Shown piece by piece: positions 55,463 through 63,395 of a stretch of 64,000 bases of DNA. Below the pieces are notes generated by a model. It worked only from the letters and a program-made list of their open reading frames with translations. It was not told the origin of the DNA and did not search any database. Position 1 is the first letter of the stretch. Each line of letters starts with the position of its first letter. The DNA is taken from positions 115,693 through 179,692 of the forward strand of contig DYEU01000026.1 in assembly GCA_020725555.1 (NCBI GenBank). The letters run 5' to 3'. This stretch comes from Desulfatibacillum sp. GTDB taxonomy: Bacteria; Desulfobacterota; Desulfobacteria; Desulfobacterales; SpSt-501. The translations under genes were made by a program, and so were the position numbers.

Positions 55463-56247
55463 GCGGCCCGGGGCTGATCCGCGCCGGGGTCCTCGCCGCG
55501 GCCCGGGCCTGCCTGCAGGCCCTCTTCCCGCCGCGCTGCGGGGCCTGCGGGGCGTTTTTCCACCCCCGCCCCCACGCCCGGCCCGCCGCGGCCCAGGGGG
55601 ATCTCCGCGCGATCTTGGCGCCGCTTCTCTGCGGGGCCTGCCTGAGGCGGGTCGTCCCCCTCGAGCCCCCGCTCTGCCCGCGCTGCGGGGTGAGCTTCCG
55701 CGGCCGAAGCGGCCCGGATCGCCTCTGCGGCGACTGCCGGCGGGAGCCGCCGCCCTTTGCCGCGGCGCGCGCCGCCTTCGCCTACGAGGGGCCGCTCCGG
55801 GAGCTGGTGCACGCCTTCAAGTACCGCGGCCGCCTGCGCGTGGGGCGGGTTCTCGGGCGCTGCCTGGAGGAGACCTGGCGGCGCTACCCGGAGGCCGCGG
55901 GGGTCGAGCTGGTTTGCCCCGTTCCGCTCCACCCGCGGCGCCTGCGGGAGCGGGGGTTCCATCCCGTCGAGCAGCTCTTGCGCCGCTGGCCCGGGCCGCC
56001 CGTGCGGCGCGGGGTGCTGATCCGCATCCGGCCCGGGCCTTCCCAGACGGGGCTCGACCGGGCGGCGCGCCGGGCGCGGGTCGCCGGGGCGTTCCGGGTG
56101 GCGCAGGCCGAGGCGGTGCGCGGCCGCCGCGTGCTCCTGGTCGACGATGTCCTGACGACCGGCGCGACCGCGGCCGCCTGCACGGAGGCGCTGCTCGCCG
56201 CGGGTGCGGACGGCGTGGCGGTGCTCGCGGCCGCACGGGCGCTTTAG
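55459..56247 (+). CDS. comF: ComF family protein (phosphoribosyltransferase domain with N-terminal Cys clusters)
   Basis: GTG 55459 overlapping the rlmB stop. CGAC...CGAC...CPRCG...CGDC zinc motifs. PRT loop VLLVDDVLTTGATA. Confidence 0.8.
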   Translation: MSGPGLIRAGVLAAARACLQALFPPRCGACGAFFHPRPHARPAAAQGDLRAILAPLLCGACLRRVVPLEPPLCPRCGVSFRGRSGPDRLCGDCRREPPPFAAARAAFAYEGPLRELVHAFKYRGRLRVGRVLGRCLEETWRRYPEAAGVELVCPVPLHPRRLRERGFHPVEQLLRRWPGPPVRRGVLIRIRPGPSQTGLDRAARRARVAGAFRVAQAEAVRGRRVLLVDDVLTTGATAAACTEALLAAGADGVAVLAAARAL

Positions 56248-56289
56248 GCGACCGCGCCGCCGCAAGGGGGGCGAGAGGGGCTTTCGGCC

Positions 56290-57081
56290 GTGATGCGGGT
56301 CGAGGAGAACGGGACGAGGCGCTGGATCTTCGAGATCCTCGCGGGTCTCGAGGGCGTCCGCCACGGGGTCTTCGAGCGCCGCCCGGGGGCGAGCGCCCCC
56401 CCTTGGGATGGGCTCAACGTGAGCTTCGCCGTGGGGGACCCGCCGGCCGCCGTGCAGCGCAACCGGCAGGCCGTCGCGGCCGGCCTCGGCGCGCGGCGGC
56501 TGCTCTTCGCGCGCCAGGTGCACGGGGAGGGCATCGCGGTCATCGACGCCGCAACCGACCTCGAAGGCTGGGAGAGAAACGGCGGGCCGCCGGCCGCCGA
56601 CGCGCTCGTCACCGACCGTCCGGGGGTCTTCGTGGCCGTGGCCGTGGCCGACTGCCAGCCGATCCTGATCGCCGATCCGGTCCGCCGCGTCGTGGCCGCC
56701 GTGCATGCCGGCTGGCGGGGCAGCGCCCTCGATCTGCCCGGCAAGACCGTGGAGCGGATGGTCGCGGCCTTCGGCTGCCGGCCGGCCGATCTCCGCGTGG
56801 GGATCGGCCCCTCGCTGGGGCCCTGCTGCGGCGAGATGCGACATTATGCCGAGGAGCTCCCGCCCGCCCTCTGGCGCTACCGCCGGCCGGGGACGGCGCA
56901 CTTCGATTTCTGGGCGGCAAGCCGCGACCAGCTGCTCGCCCGCGGCGTGCTCCCGGAGCGGATCGAGGTGAGCGGCCTGTGCACCCGCTGCTCCCCGGAG
57001 CGTTTTTTCTCCTACCGCGCCGAGAAGACCACCGGCCGCTTTCCGGCGGCGATCGGCCTTGTCCGAGGAGGACCCCCATGA
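56290..57081 (+). CDS. pgeF: PgeF/YfiH (laccase-domain, peptidoglycan editing factor) family protein
   Basis: ADALVTD, ADCQPIL, VHAGWRGS, CTRC...FFSYR. Confidence 0.88.
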   Translation: MMRVEENGTRRWIFEILAGLEGVRHGVFERRPGASAPPWDGLNVSFAVGDPPAAVQRNRQAVAAGLGARRLLFARQVHGEGIAVIDAATDLEGWERNGGPPAADALVTDRPGVFVAVAVADCQPILIADPVRRVVAAVHAGWRGSALDLPGKTVERMVAAFGCRPADLRVGIGPSLGPCCGEMRHYAEELPPALWRYRRPGTAHFDFWAASRDQLLARGVLPERIEVSGLCTRCSPERFFSYRAEKTTGRFPAAIGLVRGGPP

Positions 57082-57905
57082 CCCCCCAGCCCCCCGCCGC
57101 CACACCGGTCTTCGCCGCGGCGCACGTGAGCCGCAACGAACGGCTCTCCTCGTTCTTCGGCCGCATCGCCCTCGCCTGCGGGGAGCCCTTCGCCGCGGCC
57201 GAGCCGGGCCAGTTCGTGATGCTCCGCCGGCCCGAAACCCTCGACCCCTTCCTCTCCCGGCCCTACTCGATCCACGCCACGTGGTTCCGCGAAGGCCGCT
57301 TCGGGGGGATCGAGATCCTCTACAAGGTCGTCGGGCCGGCGACGCGGCGGCTTTCCCTCCTGCGGCCGGGCGACGAGGTGCGCCTCCTGGGCCCCCTGGG
57401 CCGCGGGTTCCGCCTCCCGCCCGGTGTGCGCCGCCTGTTTCTCGCCGCGGGCGGGGTGGGCATCGCCCCGTTTCGGTTTCTCGTCGAGCGGCTCGCCCCG
57501 CAGGGGGGGCCGCCGGCGATGGACTGCCGGCTCTTCTTCGGCGTGCGCACCGCCGAGGAGCTCGTCTGCGCCGCGGGCATCGCGGCGCGGGGGGTCCCGG
57601 TCGTGCCCACGACCGACGACGGGAGCGCCGGGGCGCATTGCCCCGTCACCGACCCCCTCGCCGCGGCGGTCGAGGCCGACCCCCCGGATCTCCTGCTCGC
57701 CTGCGGCCCGCGGGCCATGCTCGCCTGCGTGGCCGACCTCGCGCGCCGCCGCGGGATCCCCTGCCAGGTCTCGCTCGAGGAACGCATGGCCTGCGGCCTG
57801 GGGGCCTGTCTGGGCTGCGCCGTCCCCGGCCGCGGGGGGCCGTCGCGTTACCGCCACGCCTGCCTGGAGGGGCCGGTCTTTGCCCTCGAGGACATCGAGC
57901 TGTGA
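57078..57905 (+). CDS. PyrK-like FAD/NAD-binding oxidoreductase with C-terminal [2Fe-2S] motif (dihydroorotate dehydrogenase electron-transfer subunit family)
   Basis: ATG 57078 overlapping the pgeF stop. LSRPYSI (FAD), AAGGVGIAPF (NAD), MACGLGACLGCAV...HACLEGPVF (cluster). No pyrD follows. Confidence 0.8.
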   Translation: MTPQPPAATPVFAAAHVSRNERLSSFFGRIALACGEPFAAAEPGQFVMLRRPETLDPFLSRPYSIHATWFREGRFGGIEILYKVVGPATRRLSLLRPGDEVRLLGPLGRGFRLPPGVRRLFLAAGGVGIAPFRFLVERLAPQGGPPAMDCRLFFGVRTAEELVCAAGIAARGVPVVPTTDDGSAGAHCPVTDPLAAAVEADPPDLLLACGPRAMLACVADLARRRGIPCQVSLEERMACGLGACLGCAVPGRGGPSRYRHACLEGPVFALEDIEL

Positions 57906-58050
57906 CCCCCGCGGCCCGGGGGCGGCCGCCTTGGCCCGCGGCCAGGCGGCCCCGTTATTGACTTCGGGAGGTCGGCGTGGTAGGTGCTGCCGACTTCCGC
58001 CGCATCCCGGAGCGGACCACGGGAGGTTTTTTTAGGACCGGGGAAAGGCC

Positions 58051-58269
58051 ATGAAACGCGAAACCCGCCGGGCCTGGCGGGAACTCGCCTATTACAGCAG
58101 CCTCGGCTTTTCCGTCGCGCTCTCGATCTTCATCGGTCTGGGAGCGGGCCTCCTCGTGGACCGGGCCTGGGAGACCTCCCCGTGGGGGATGCTCGTCTTT
58201 CTCGCCTTGGGGATCGCGGCGGCCTTCCGCAACCTGTGGCTGGCGGTCCGCAAGAGCCGGAGGCTTTGA
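58051..58269 (+). CDS. atpZ: AtpZ/AtpR-type small F0F1 ATP synthase-associated membrane protein
   Basis: 72 aa, two helices, YYSSLGFSVALSIFIGLGAGLLVDR. Position directly upstream of atpI. Confidence 0.7.
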   Translation: MKRETRRAWRELAYYSSLGFSVALSIFIGLGAGLLVDRAWETSPWGMLVFLALGIAAAFRNLWLAVRKSRRL

Positions 58270-58300
58270 GCGCGGCGATCGCCGGAAGAACCCGAACCAC

Positions 58301-58687
58301 GTGACCATCCAGCAGCGGATCCTCGAGTTCGTCCGCCGGGCCAACTGGGTGCTGCTCGTCGCGGCGACGGCGGCGGGCCTGGCGCTCGCCGGCCGCGAGG
58401 TGGCCCTGGGGATCTTCTGCGGGGGGCTGATCGTGACGGTCAATTTCCACCTGCTCGCACGCACGCTCCGGGGGGCGCTCACGCCTCCCCATCTCGCGTC
58501 CTTTCCCTCCGTGATCGCCAAGTATTACCTGCGTTTCCTGGCGAGCGCGGCCATCCTCTTCCTGCTTATCCTCTCCGGGCAGGTCCACCCGCTGGGCCTG
58601 GTCCTGGGGGTTTCGACGGTGGTGGCGAGCATCTTTCTGGCGACCCTGCGCGAGATCAAGAAGATCCTATGCAAGGAGGCGGGCTGA
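58301..58687 (+). CDS. atpI: ATP synthase protein I
   Basis: 128 aa, four hydrophobic segments, immediately (2 nt) upstream of atpB. Confidence 0.7.
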   Translation: MTIQQRILEFVRRANWVLLVAATAAGLALAGREVALGIFCGGLIVTVNFHLLARTLRGALTPPHLASFPSVIAKYYLRFLASAAILFLLILSGQVHPLGLVLGVSTVVASIFLATLREIKKILCKEAG

Positions 58688-58688
58688 C

Positions 58689-59378
58689 ATGGAACATCCT
58701 TTCCTGATTCTCCCCACGCTGCTCGATTTCATCGGCCTGGGCCATTTCGCGGCCGCGTACCCGCACGTCGTCTACTCGTGGTTCGTGATCTTGCTGCTCA
58801 TCCTGCTCGCCTACGCCTGCACGCGCACGATCCGCCTCATCCCGGGGCGGGCGCAGAACTTCTTCGAGGTCGTCGTCTCCGGCATGGAAGAGTTCATGGT
58901 CGACGTGACGGGCGAGGAGGGGCGCTGGTTTTTCCCGCTCGTGGGGACGATCTTCCTCTACATCGCCACCTGCAACCTGATCGGCCTGATCCCCGGCTTC
59001 TTTCCGCCGACGGCGAGCATCAACACGACCCTCTCCTGCGCGCTGGTCTCCTTCCTCTTCACCCACTTCGTCGGCGTGAAGTACCACGGCATCAAGTACA
59101 TCAAGCACTTCCTGGGGCCGATCTGGTGGATGACCCCGATCATCTTCCCGATCGAGGTGATCGGCCACCTCGCGCGCATCATGTCCCTTTCCTTCCGGCT
59201 CTTCGGCAACATGATGGGCCATGAGCTCGTGCTCATGATCCTCTTCATGCTGGCCGGGGCGTTTTTCGCCCCCCTGCCGATCATGGCCATGGGCATCTTC
59301 GTCTCCTTCGTGCAGGCCTTCGTCTTTTTCCTGTTGTCGATCATGTATTTCAGCGGCGCCATGGAGCATGCCCATTGA
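58689..59378 (+). CDS. atpB: F0F1 ATP synthase subunit a
   Basis: 229 aa with SLSFRLFGNMMGHE (essential Arg) and a typical 5-helix profile. Confidence 0.95.
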   Translation: MEHPFLILPTLLDFIGLGHFAAAYPHVVYSWFVILLLILLAYACTRTIRLIPGRAQNFFEVVVSGMEEFMVDVTGEEGRWFFPLVGTIFLYIATCNLIGLIPGFFPPTASINTTLSCALVSFLFTHFVGVKYHGIKYIKHFLGPIWWMTPIIFPIEVIGHLARIMSLSFRLFGNMMGHELVLMILFMLAGAFFAPLPIMAMGIFVSFVQAFVFFLLSIMYFSGAMEHAH

Positions 59379-59458
59379 GGGCGCCGCCCGGGATCCGCGT
59401 GTAAGGGGAGCTCGCAGGGAGCCCCGCAATCCATAAAATCCTTCAAAGGAGGAGCGGT

Positions 59459-59740
59459 ATGGAAGCCAAAGCGTTGGAGTTCTTCATCGCCTGCGTCACG
59501 GCGGCCGGTTTCGGGATCGCGATCGCGGCCTTCGGCTGCGGCATCGCCCAGGGCCTGGGCCTGCGCTCGGCCGTCGAGGGCATCGCCCGCAACCCGGAGT
59601 CTTCCGGCAAGGTCACGGTGACGATGCTGATCGGGCTCGCCCTGATCGAGTCCCTCTGCATCTACGCCCTGGTCGTCGCCTTGATCCTGATCTTCGCCCA
59701 TCCGCAGGCGGCCGCGATCGCGAAACTCTTCATGAAGTAA
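59459..59740 (+). CDS. atpE: F0F1 ATP synthase subunit c
   Basis: 93 aa hairpin. GIARNPE loop and ion-binding Glu in [11 protein letters not shown]. Confidence 0.93.
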   Translation: MEAKALEFFIACVTAAGFGIAIAAFGCGIAQGLGLRSAVEGIARNPESSGKVTVTMLIGLALIESLCIYALVVALILIFAHPQAAAIAKLFMK

Positions 59741-59760
59741 GCCGCCCCCGTCCCTGAACG

Positions 59761-59797
59761 AAAAAAGCCCGCGGGGTTTCCCCGCGGGCTTTTTTTT
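59761..59797. terminator. Bidirectional intrinsic terminator between convergent atpE and aminotransferase
   Basis: AAAAAA-gcccgcgggg-ttt-ccccgcgggc-TTTTTTTT. Perfect 10-bp stem flanked by A6 and T8. Confidence 0.85.
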
Positions 59798-59812
59798 CCG
59801 GGTCGGCCGGGC

Positions 59813-61087
59813 TCAGGCGGTCGCCTCCCGCTCCGCGAGGGCGATGCAGACCGCGACCACCTCCATCGCCGCGCGGATGTCCGCCGCGGCCGGGAAGGAG
59901 GGGGCGATGCGGATGTTGCGGTCGAGGGGGTCGCGGCCGTAGGGGAACGTCGACCCCGCCGGGGTCAGCCGCACGCCGGCCTTCGCGGCGAGCGCGACGA
60001 CCCGTTTCGCGCGCCCCGGGCGCGTGTCGAGGCTCACGAAGTAGCCGCCCTGCGGCCGGGTCCAGGAGGCGAGGTCCCCGCCGCCCAGCTCGCGCTCGAG
60101 CACCTCCTGCACGGCGTCGAACTTGGGCTTCAGGATGGCCGCGTGGCGCTGCATGTGCGCCTCGATCCCCGCCAGATCGCGGAAAAAGCGCACGTGCCGG
60201 AGCTGGTTCAGCTTGTCCGGCCCGATCGTCTGAAACCCCAGGTGGCGGCGCGCCCAGTCGAGCGTCCTTTCGCTTCCGGCAAGGAAGGCGATCCCGCCGC
60301 CGGCGAGGGAGATCTTGGAGGTGGAGCCGAAGATCAGGGCGCGCTCGGGGTTCCCGGCCCGGCGGCAGGCCGAGAGGAGGTCGGCGAGCGGCGCGGGCCC
60401 GCCGCCCAGGTGGTGCACGGCGTAGGCGTTGTCCCAGAAGATGCGGAAATCCGGGGCGCGCGCCGGGAGCCGCGCCAGCCCCTCGACCGTCTCCGGCGCG
60501 TAGACCTCGCCCGTGGGGTTGCTGTACTTGGGGACGCACCAGATGCCCTTCACGGACTCGTCCTCGGCGGCCAGGCGCGCCACGGCCTCCATGTCCGGGC
60601 CGTTGCCGCGGAGCTCGACCGGGATCATCTCGATGCCCAGGTGCTCGCAGATGGCGAAGTGGCGGTCGTAGCCCGGCACCGGGCAGAGGAAGCGGACCTT
60701 CGGCCGCCGGTGCCAGGGGCCGTCCCCGCCGGGCACGCCGTAGAGCCAGGCCCAGGTCATGACGTCGTGCATCAGGTTCAGGCTGGAGTTGCCCCCGATC
60801 AGGATTTCGCCGGGCGAAACCCCGGCCAGCGCGGCGAAGAGGGCCTTGGCTTCCGGGAGGCCGTCCAGCCCCCCGTAATTGCGGCAGTCGGTGCCGTCGC
60901 TGGCGCGGAAATCGGTCCGCGAGAGCGCCTCGATCAGGCCGATCGACAGATCGAGCTGCTCCGCGCAAGGCTTGCCGCGGGTCATGTCCAGGTTGAGGCC
61001 GCGGCGGACGAAGCCCTCGTAGCGCTCCTTCAAGGCGGCCCGATCGGCCGCCCGGGCGGGCGTGGCGGGGGGGGAGGAAATGGGCAT
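59813..61087 (-). CDS. Class I/II PLP-dependent aminotransferase
   Basis: Track ORF 59813..61162 trimmed to ATG comp(61085-61087) behind GAGGTGA. CVPKYSNPTGEVY, IFGSTSKISLAGGGIAFL (PLP-lysine context). Confidence 0.85.
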   Translation of the reverse strand: MPISSPPATPARAADRAALKERYEGFVRRGLNLDMTRGKPCAEQLDLSIGLIEALSRTDFRASDGTDCRNYGGLDGLPEAKALFAALAGVSPGEILIGGNSSLNLMHDVMTWAWLYGVPGGDGPWHRRPKVRFLCPVPGYDRHFAICEHLGIEMIPVELRGNGPDMEAVARLAAEDESVKGIWCVPKYSNPTGEVYAPETVEGLARLPARAPDFRIFWDNAYAVHHLGGGPAPLADLLSACRRAGNPERALIFGSTSKISLAGGGIAFLAGSERTLDWARRHLGFQTIGPDKLNQLRHVRFFRDLAGIEAHMQRHAAILKPKFDAVQEVLERELGGGDLASWTRPQGGYFVSLDTRPGRAKRVVALAAKAGVRLTPAGSTFPYGRDPLDRNIRIAPSFPAAADIRAAMEVVAVCIALAEREATA

Positions 61088-61198
61088 GGCGGTCACCTCG
61101 TGCGCAAGGGTCGATGCCCGCAGCCGGGGGGTCCCCCGCTCGGGCCACTCCTTCCCTATCACCCCTTCCGCCCGGTGGCAACCGCGGCCGGGCGGGGC

Positions 61199-61936
61199 TT
61201 AGTAGATCACCCGCACGAGAAAGAGACCGCGGGCGGGGGCGCAGGCCGCGGCGCATTGGCGGTCCCGGGCCGCGAGGATGCGGGGGATGTCGCCGGGGGA
61301 AAGCCGGCCCTGGCCCACGGCCGCGAGCGTTCCGACCACGTTGCGCACCATGCCGCGGAGGAAGCCGTCGGCCTCGATCTCGAAGCAGAGGATCCCGTCC
61401 TCGCCGGTGTGCCACTCGGCGGCGGTGACGGTGCGCACGGTGTGCGCCCGCGGGCTGCCGCTGCTCTCGAAGGACTTGAAGTCCCGGCGGCCCACGAGGT
61501 GCGCCGCCGCACGCCGCATGGCCTCCAGGTCGAGCGGCCGGTCGAGGAACCAGCAGCGGTGCCGCTCGAGCGCGCTGCGCGCCTCGCGGTTGAGGATCCG
61601 GTAGCGGTAGCGCTTCGCCCGGGCGTCGTAGCGCGCATGAAAGGTTTCCGGAACGGGGAGGCACTCCCGGACGGCGATGTCCTCGGGGAGCAGGGCGTTC
61701 AACCCCCGGCGGAGGGCCTCGGGGCCCAGGCGGGTCGGGCTGTGAAAGTGGGCCGTCTGGCCCAGGGCGTGGACGCCGGCGTCGGTGCGCCCGGCCCCGA
61801 TCACCGTGACCGGCGCGCCGGTCAGCCGGCCGAGGGCCCGCTCGACCTCCGCCTGGATGGTGGGGCCCTCGGCCTGGCGCTGCCAGCCGCGGTAGGCGGT
61901 TCCGTCGTACTCGAGGGTGAGCTTGAAATTTTGCAT
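61199..61936 (-). CDS. truA: tRNA pseudouridine(38-40) synthase
   Basis: ATG comp(61934-61936). MQNFKLTLEYDGTAYRGWQRQ, GAGRTDAGVHA (catalytic Asp), FLRGMVRNVVG. Confidence 0.93.
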   Translation of the reverse strand: MQNFKLTLEYDGTAYRGWQRQAEGPTIQAEVERALGRLTGAPVTVIGAGRTDAGVHALGQTAHFHSPTRLGPEALRRGLNALLPEDIAVRECLPVPETFHARYDARAKRYRYRILNREARSALERHRCWFLDRPLDLEAMRRAAAHLVGRRDFKSFESSGSPRAHTVRTVTAAEWHTGEDGILCFEIEADGFLRGMVRNVVGTLAAVGQGRLSPGDIPRILAARDRQCAAACAPARGLFLVRVIY

Positions 61937-61995
61937 GCCGCGCCCTCTCGCCGTGCGCCCCGGCCGACGGGCCGAGCCGCAGGGGGCCCCGGCCG

Positions 61996-62916
61996 CTACG
62001 CCAGCAACAGGGCCGCCGCCATCGGCCCGAAGGACAGCAGCGTCGAAAGCGCGATCGCCGTGGAGGCGAGTTCCGTGTCGCTGTTGAGCTGGGCGGAGAG
62101 AATGTAGAGCGCCGTCGACGTGGGCAGGGCAAAGTACAGCATCCCGACGGTGAAGGGAAGCCCCGCCACCCCCAGCCCCTTCAGCCAGAGAGCGCCCACG
62201 GCGGGCAGCACGGCCAGCTTGAAGAACGAGGCGAGAAGCGACAGGCGCCAGTGGTCCCGCAACCCCTTGAGCGAGAGCATCCCGCCGATGGAAAGGAGCG
62301 CCAGGGGCAGCGTGACCGAGGAGGCCAGCCGGAGCGTGTTCTCGAGGAACGGCGGGAAGCGGCCTACCGCCCGGCCGTAGAGGATCCCCGCCAGGCAGCC
62401 GAGGATCAGCGGGTTCAGCAGCAGGGCCCGGAGGGTCTGGGCGATCCGCCGCGAGACGGGCGCCCGCTCGCCCCCGAACCAGATCAGCGTGGCCACGGAG
62501 AGCACGTTGAGGGTGGGGATGGTGAGCCCGATCAGCACGGCGAAATGGCGCCCCCCCTCCTCGCCGAAGGCGCTGATGGAGACCGCCATCCCGACGTAGG
62601 TGTTGATCCGGAAGCAGCTCTGGGAGAAGGAGCCGGCCTGAAAGGCCCCGATCTTCCCCCAGACGATGCAGGCCGTGCTCAAGGCGTAGACGCACAGGAC
62701 GGCCGCGGTCGCGGCGCCGACCAGGGGCAGGTCGTCGCCCAGGTTCTTCGGGGCGCCGCCGAGCTTCCAGAAGAGCATGGCCGGGAAAAAGATGAAGTAG
62801 ACCAGGCGGTCGGAGACCGCGAGATAGGCCTCGGTCGTGATGCGGGCGCGCCGCAGCATGCAGCCGAGCGCAAGCAGCGCGAACACGGGGAAGAGATGGT
62901 CGAGGAGGAGGCTCAT
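61996..62916 (-). CDS. AEC (auxin efflux carrier) family permease
   Basis: Track ORF 61996..63171 trimmed to ATG comp(62914-62916). 306 aa, about 10 helices, two homologous halves typical of AEC. Confidence 0.85.
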   Translation of the reverse strand: MSLLLDHLFPVFALLALGCMLRRARITTEAYLAVSDRLVYFIFFPAMLFWKLGGAPKNLGDDLPLVGAATAAVLCVYALSTACIVWGKIGAFQAGSFSQSCFRINTYVGMAVSISAFGEEGGRHFAVLIGLTIPTLNVLSVATLIWFGGERAPVSRRIAQTLRALLLNPLILGCLAGILYGRAVGRFPPFLENTLRLASSVTLPLALLSIGGMLSLKGLRDHWRLSLLASFFKLAVLPAVGALWLKGLGVAGLPFTVGMLYFALPTSTALYILSAQLNSDTELASTAIALSTLLSFGPMAAALLLA

Positions 62917-63098
62917 GGCAGCCGGTCGCAGGGGATGTCGGCCAGCGCCTCCTCGAGCGCCTCGTCGATCTGCCCCCGGAAGTCGGACAGGGGGAATCGG
63001 GCGCCGCATGCCCTGCAGCGCAGCACAACGGCGGTTCAGGTGCGCCGGAGCTCGAGGGGCGCGCGGCAGCGCCGGCAGCGCAGGTCGATGGGGGGCAT
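62913..63098 (-). CDS. 61-codon dual-CxxC zinc-ribbon-like mini-ORF interrupted by an in-frame TGA (candidate selenoprotein, recoding event or pseudogene)
   Basis: Own translation from ATG comp(63096-63098) behind GAAGGAGAA: MPPIDLRCRRCRAPLELRRT-TGA-TAVVLRCRACGARFPLSDFRGQIDEALEEALADIPCDRLP*. In-frame TGA at comp(63036-63038). Terminal TGA overlaps the AEC ATG (ATGA). GC3-rich on both sides of the TGA. Confidence 0.35.
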
Positions 63099-63395
63099 GG
63101 CCCTTCTCCTTCGGGCCGGGGGCGGCCGGCCGGTGGTGAGCCCGCTTAGCGCAAGGCCGGGCCGCTGTCAAACCCCGGGTGCAGCCTGCCGGCCGGACGG
63201 GCCCCGATTGACAAGCGATCGGGATTCTGTCACATCGGCACTTCGTGCGGAGGGCCTTGGGGGGAAGCGGCCGCGGGCCCGGGGTGCGGCGGAGGATCCG
63301 CGCGACGCCAGGAGGGCGCGCCGGGGGGAAGCGGCCCGGCGCACGGCCGCGGCCCCCGGGGAGGGGAACCCCCCAGGGCGAAAGGAAGGCGGGCG

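Noticed and set aside
57958-57986. Sigma70 promoter call upstream of atpZ (TTGACT-17-TAGGTG).
   Set aside because: The -10 hexamer matches only 2 of 6 consensus positions. This is too weak to report as a feature.
63208-63236. argJ promoter or ARG-box (TTGACA at 63208-63213, gattctgtcacat).
   Set aside because: There is no acceptable -10 at 16-18-nt spacing and no match to the TNTGAATWWWWATTCANW ARG box.
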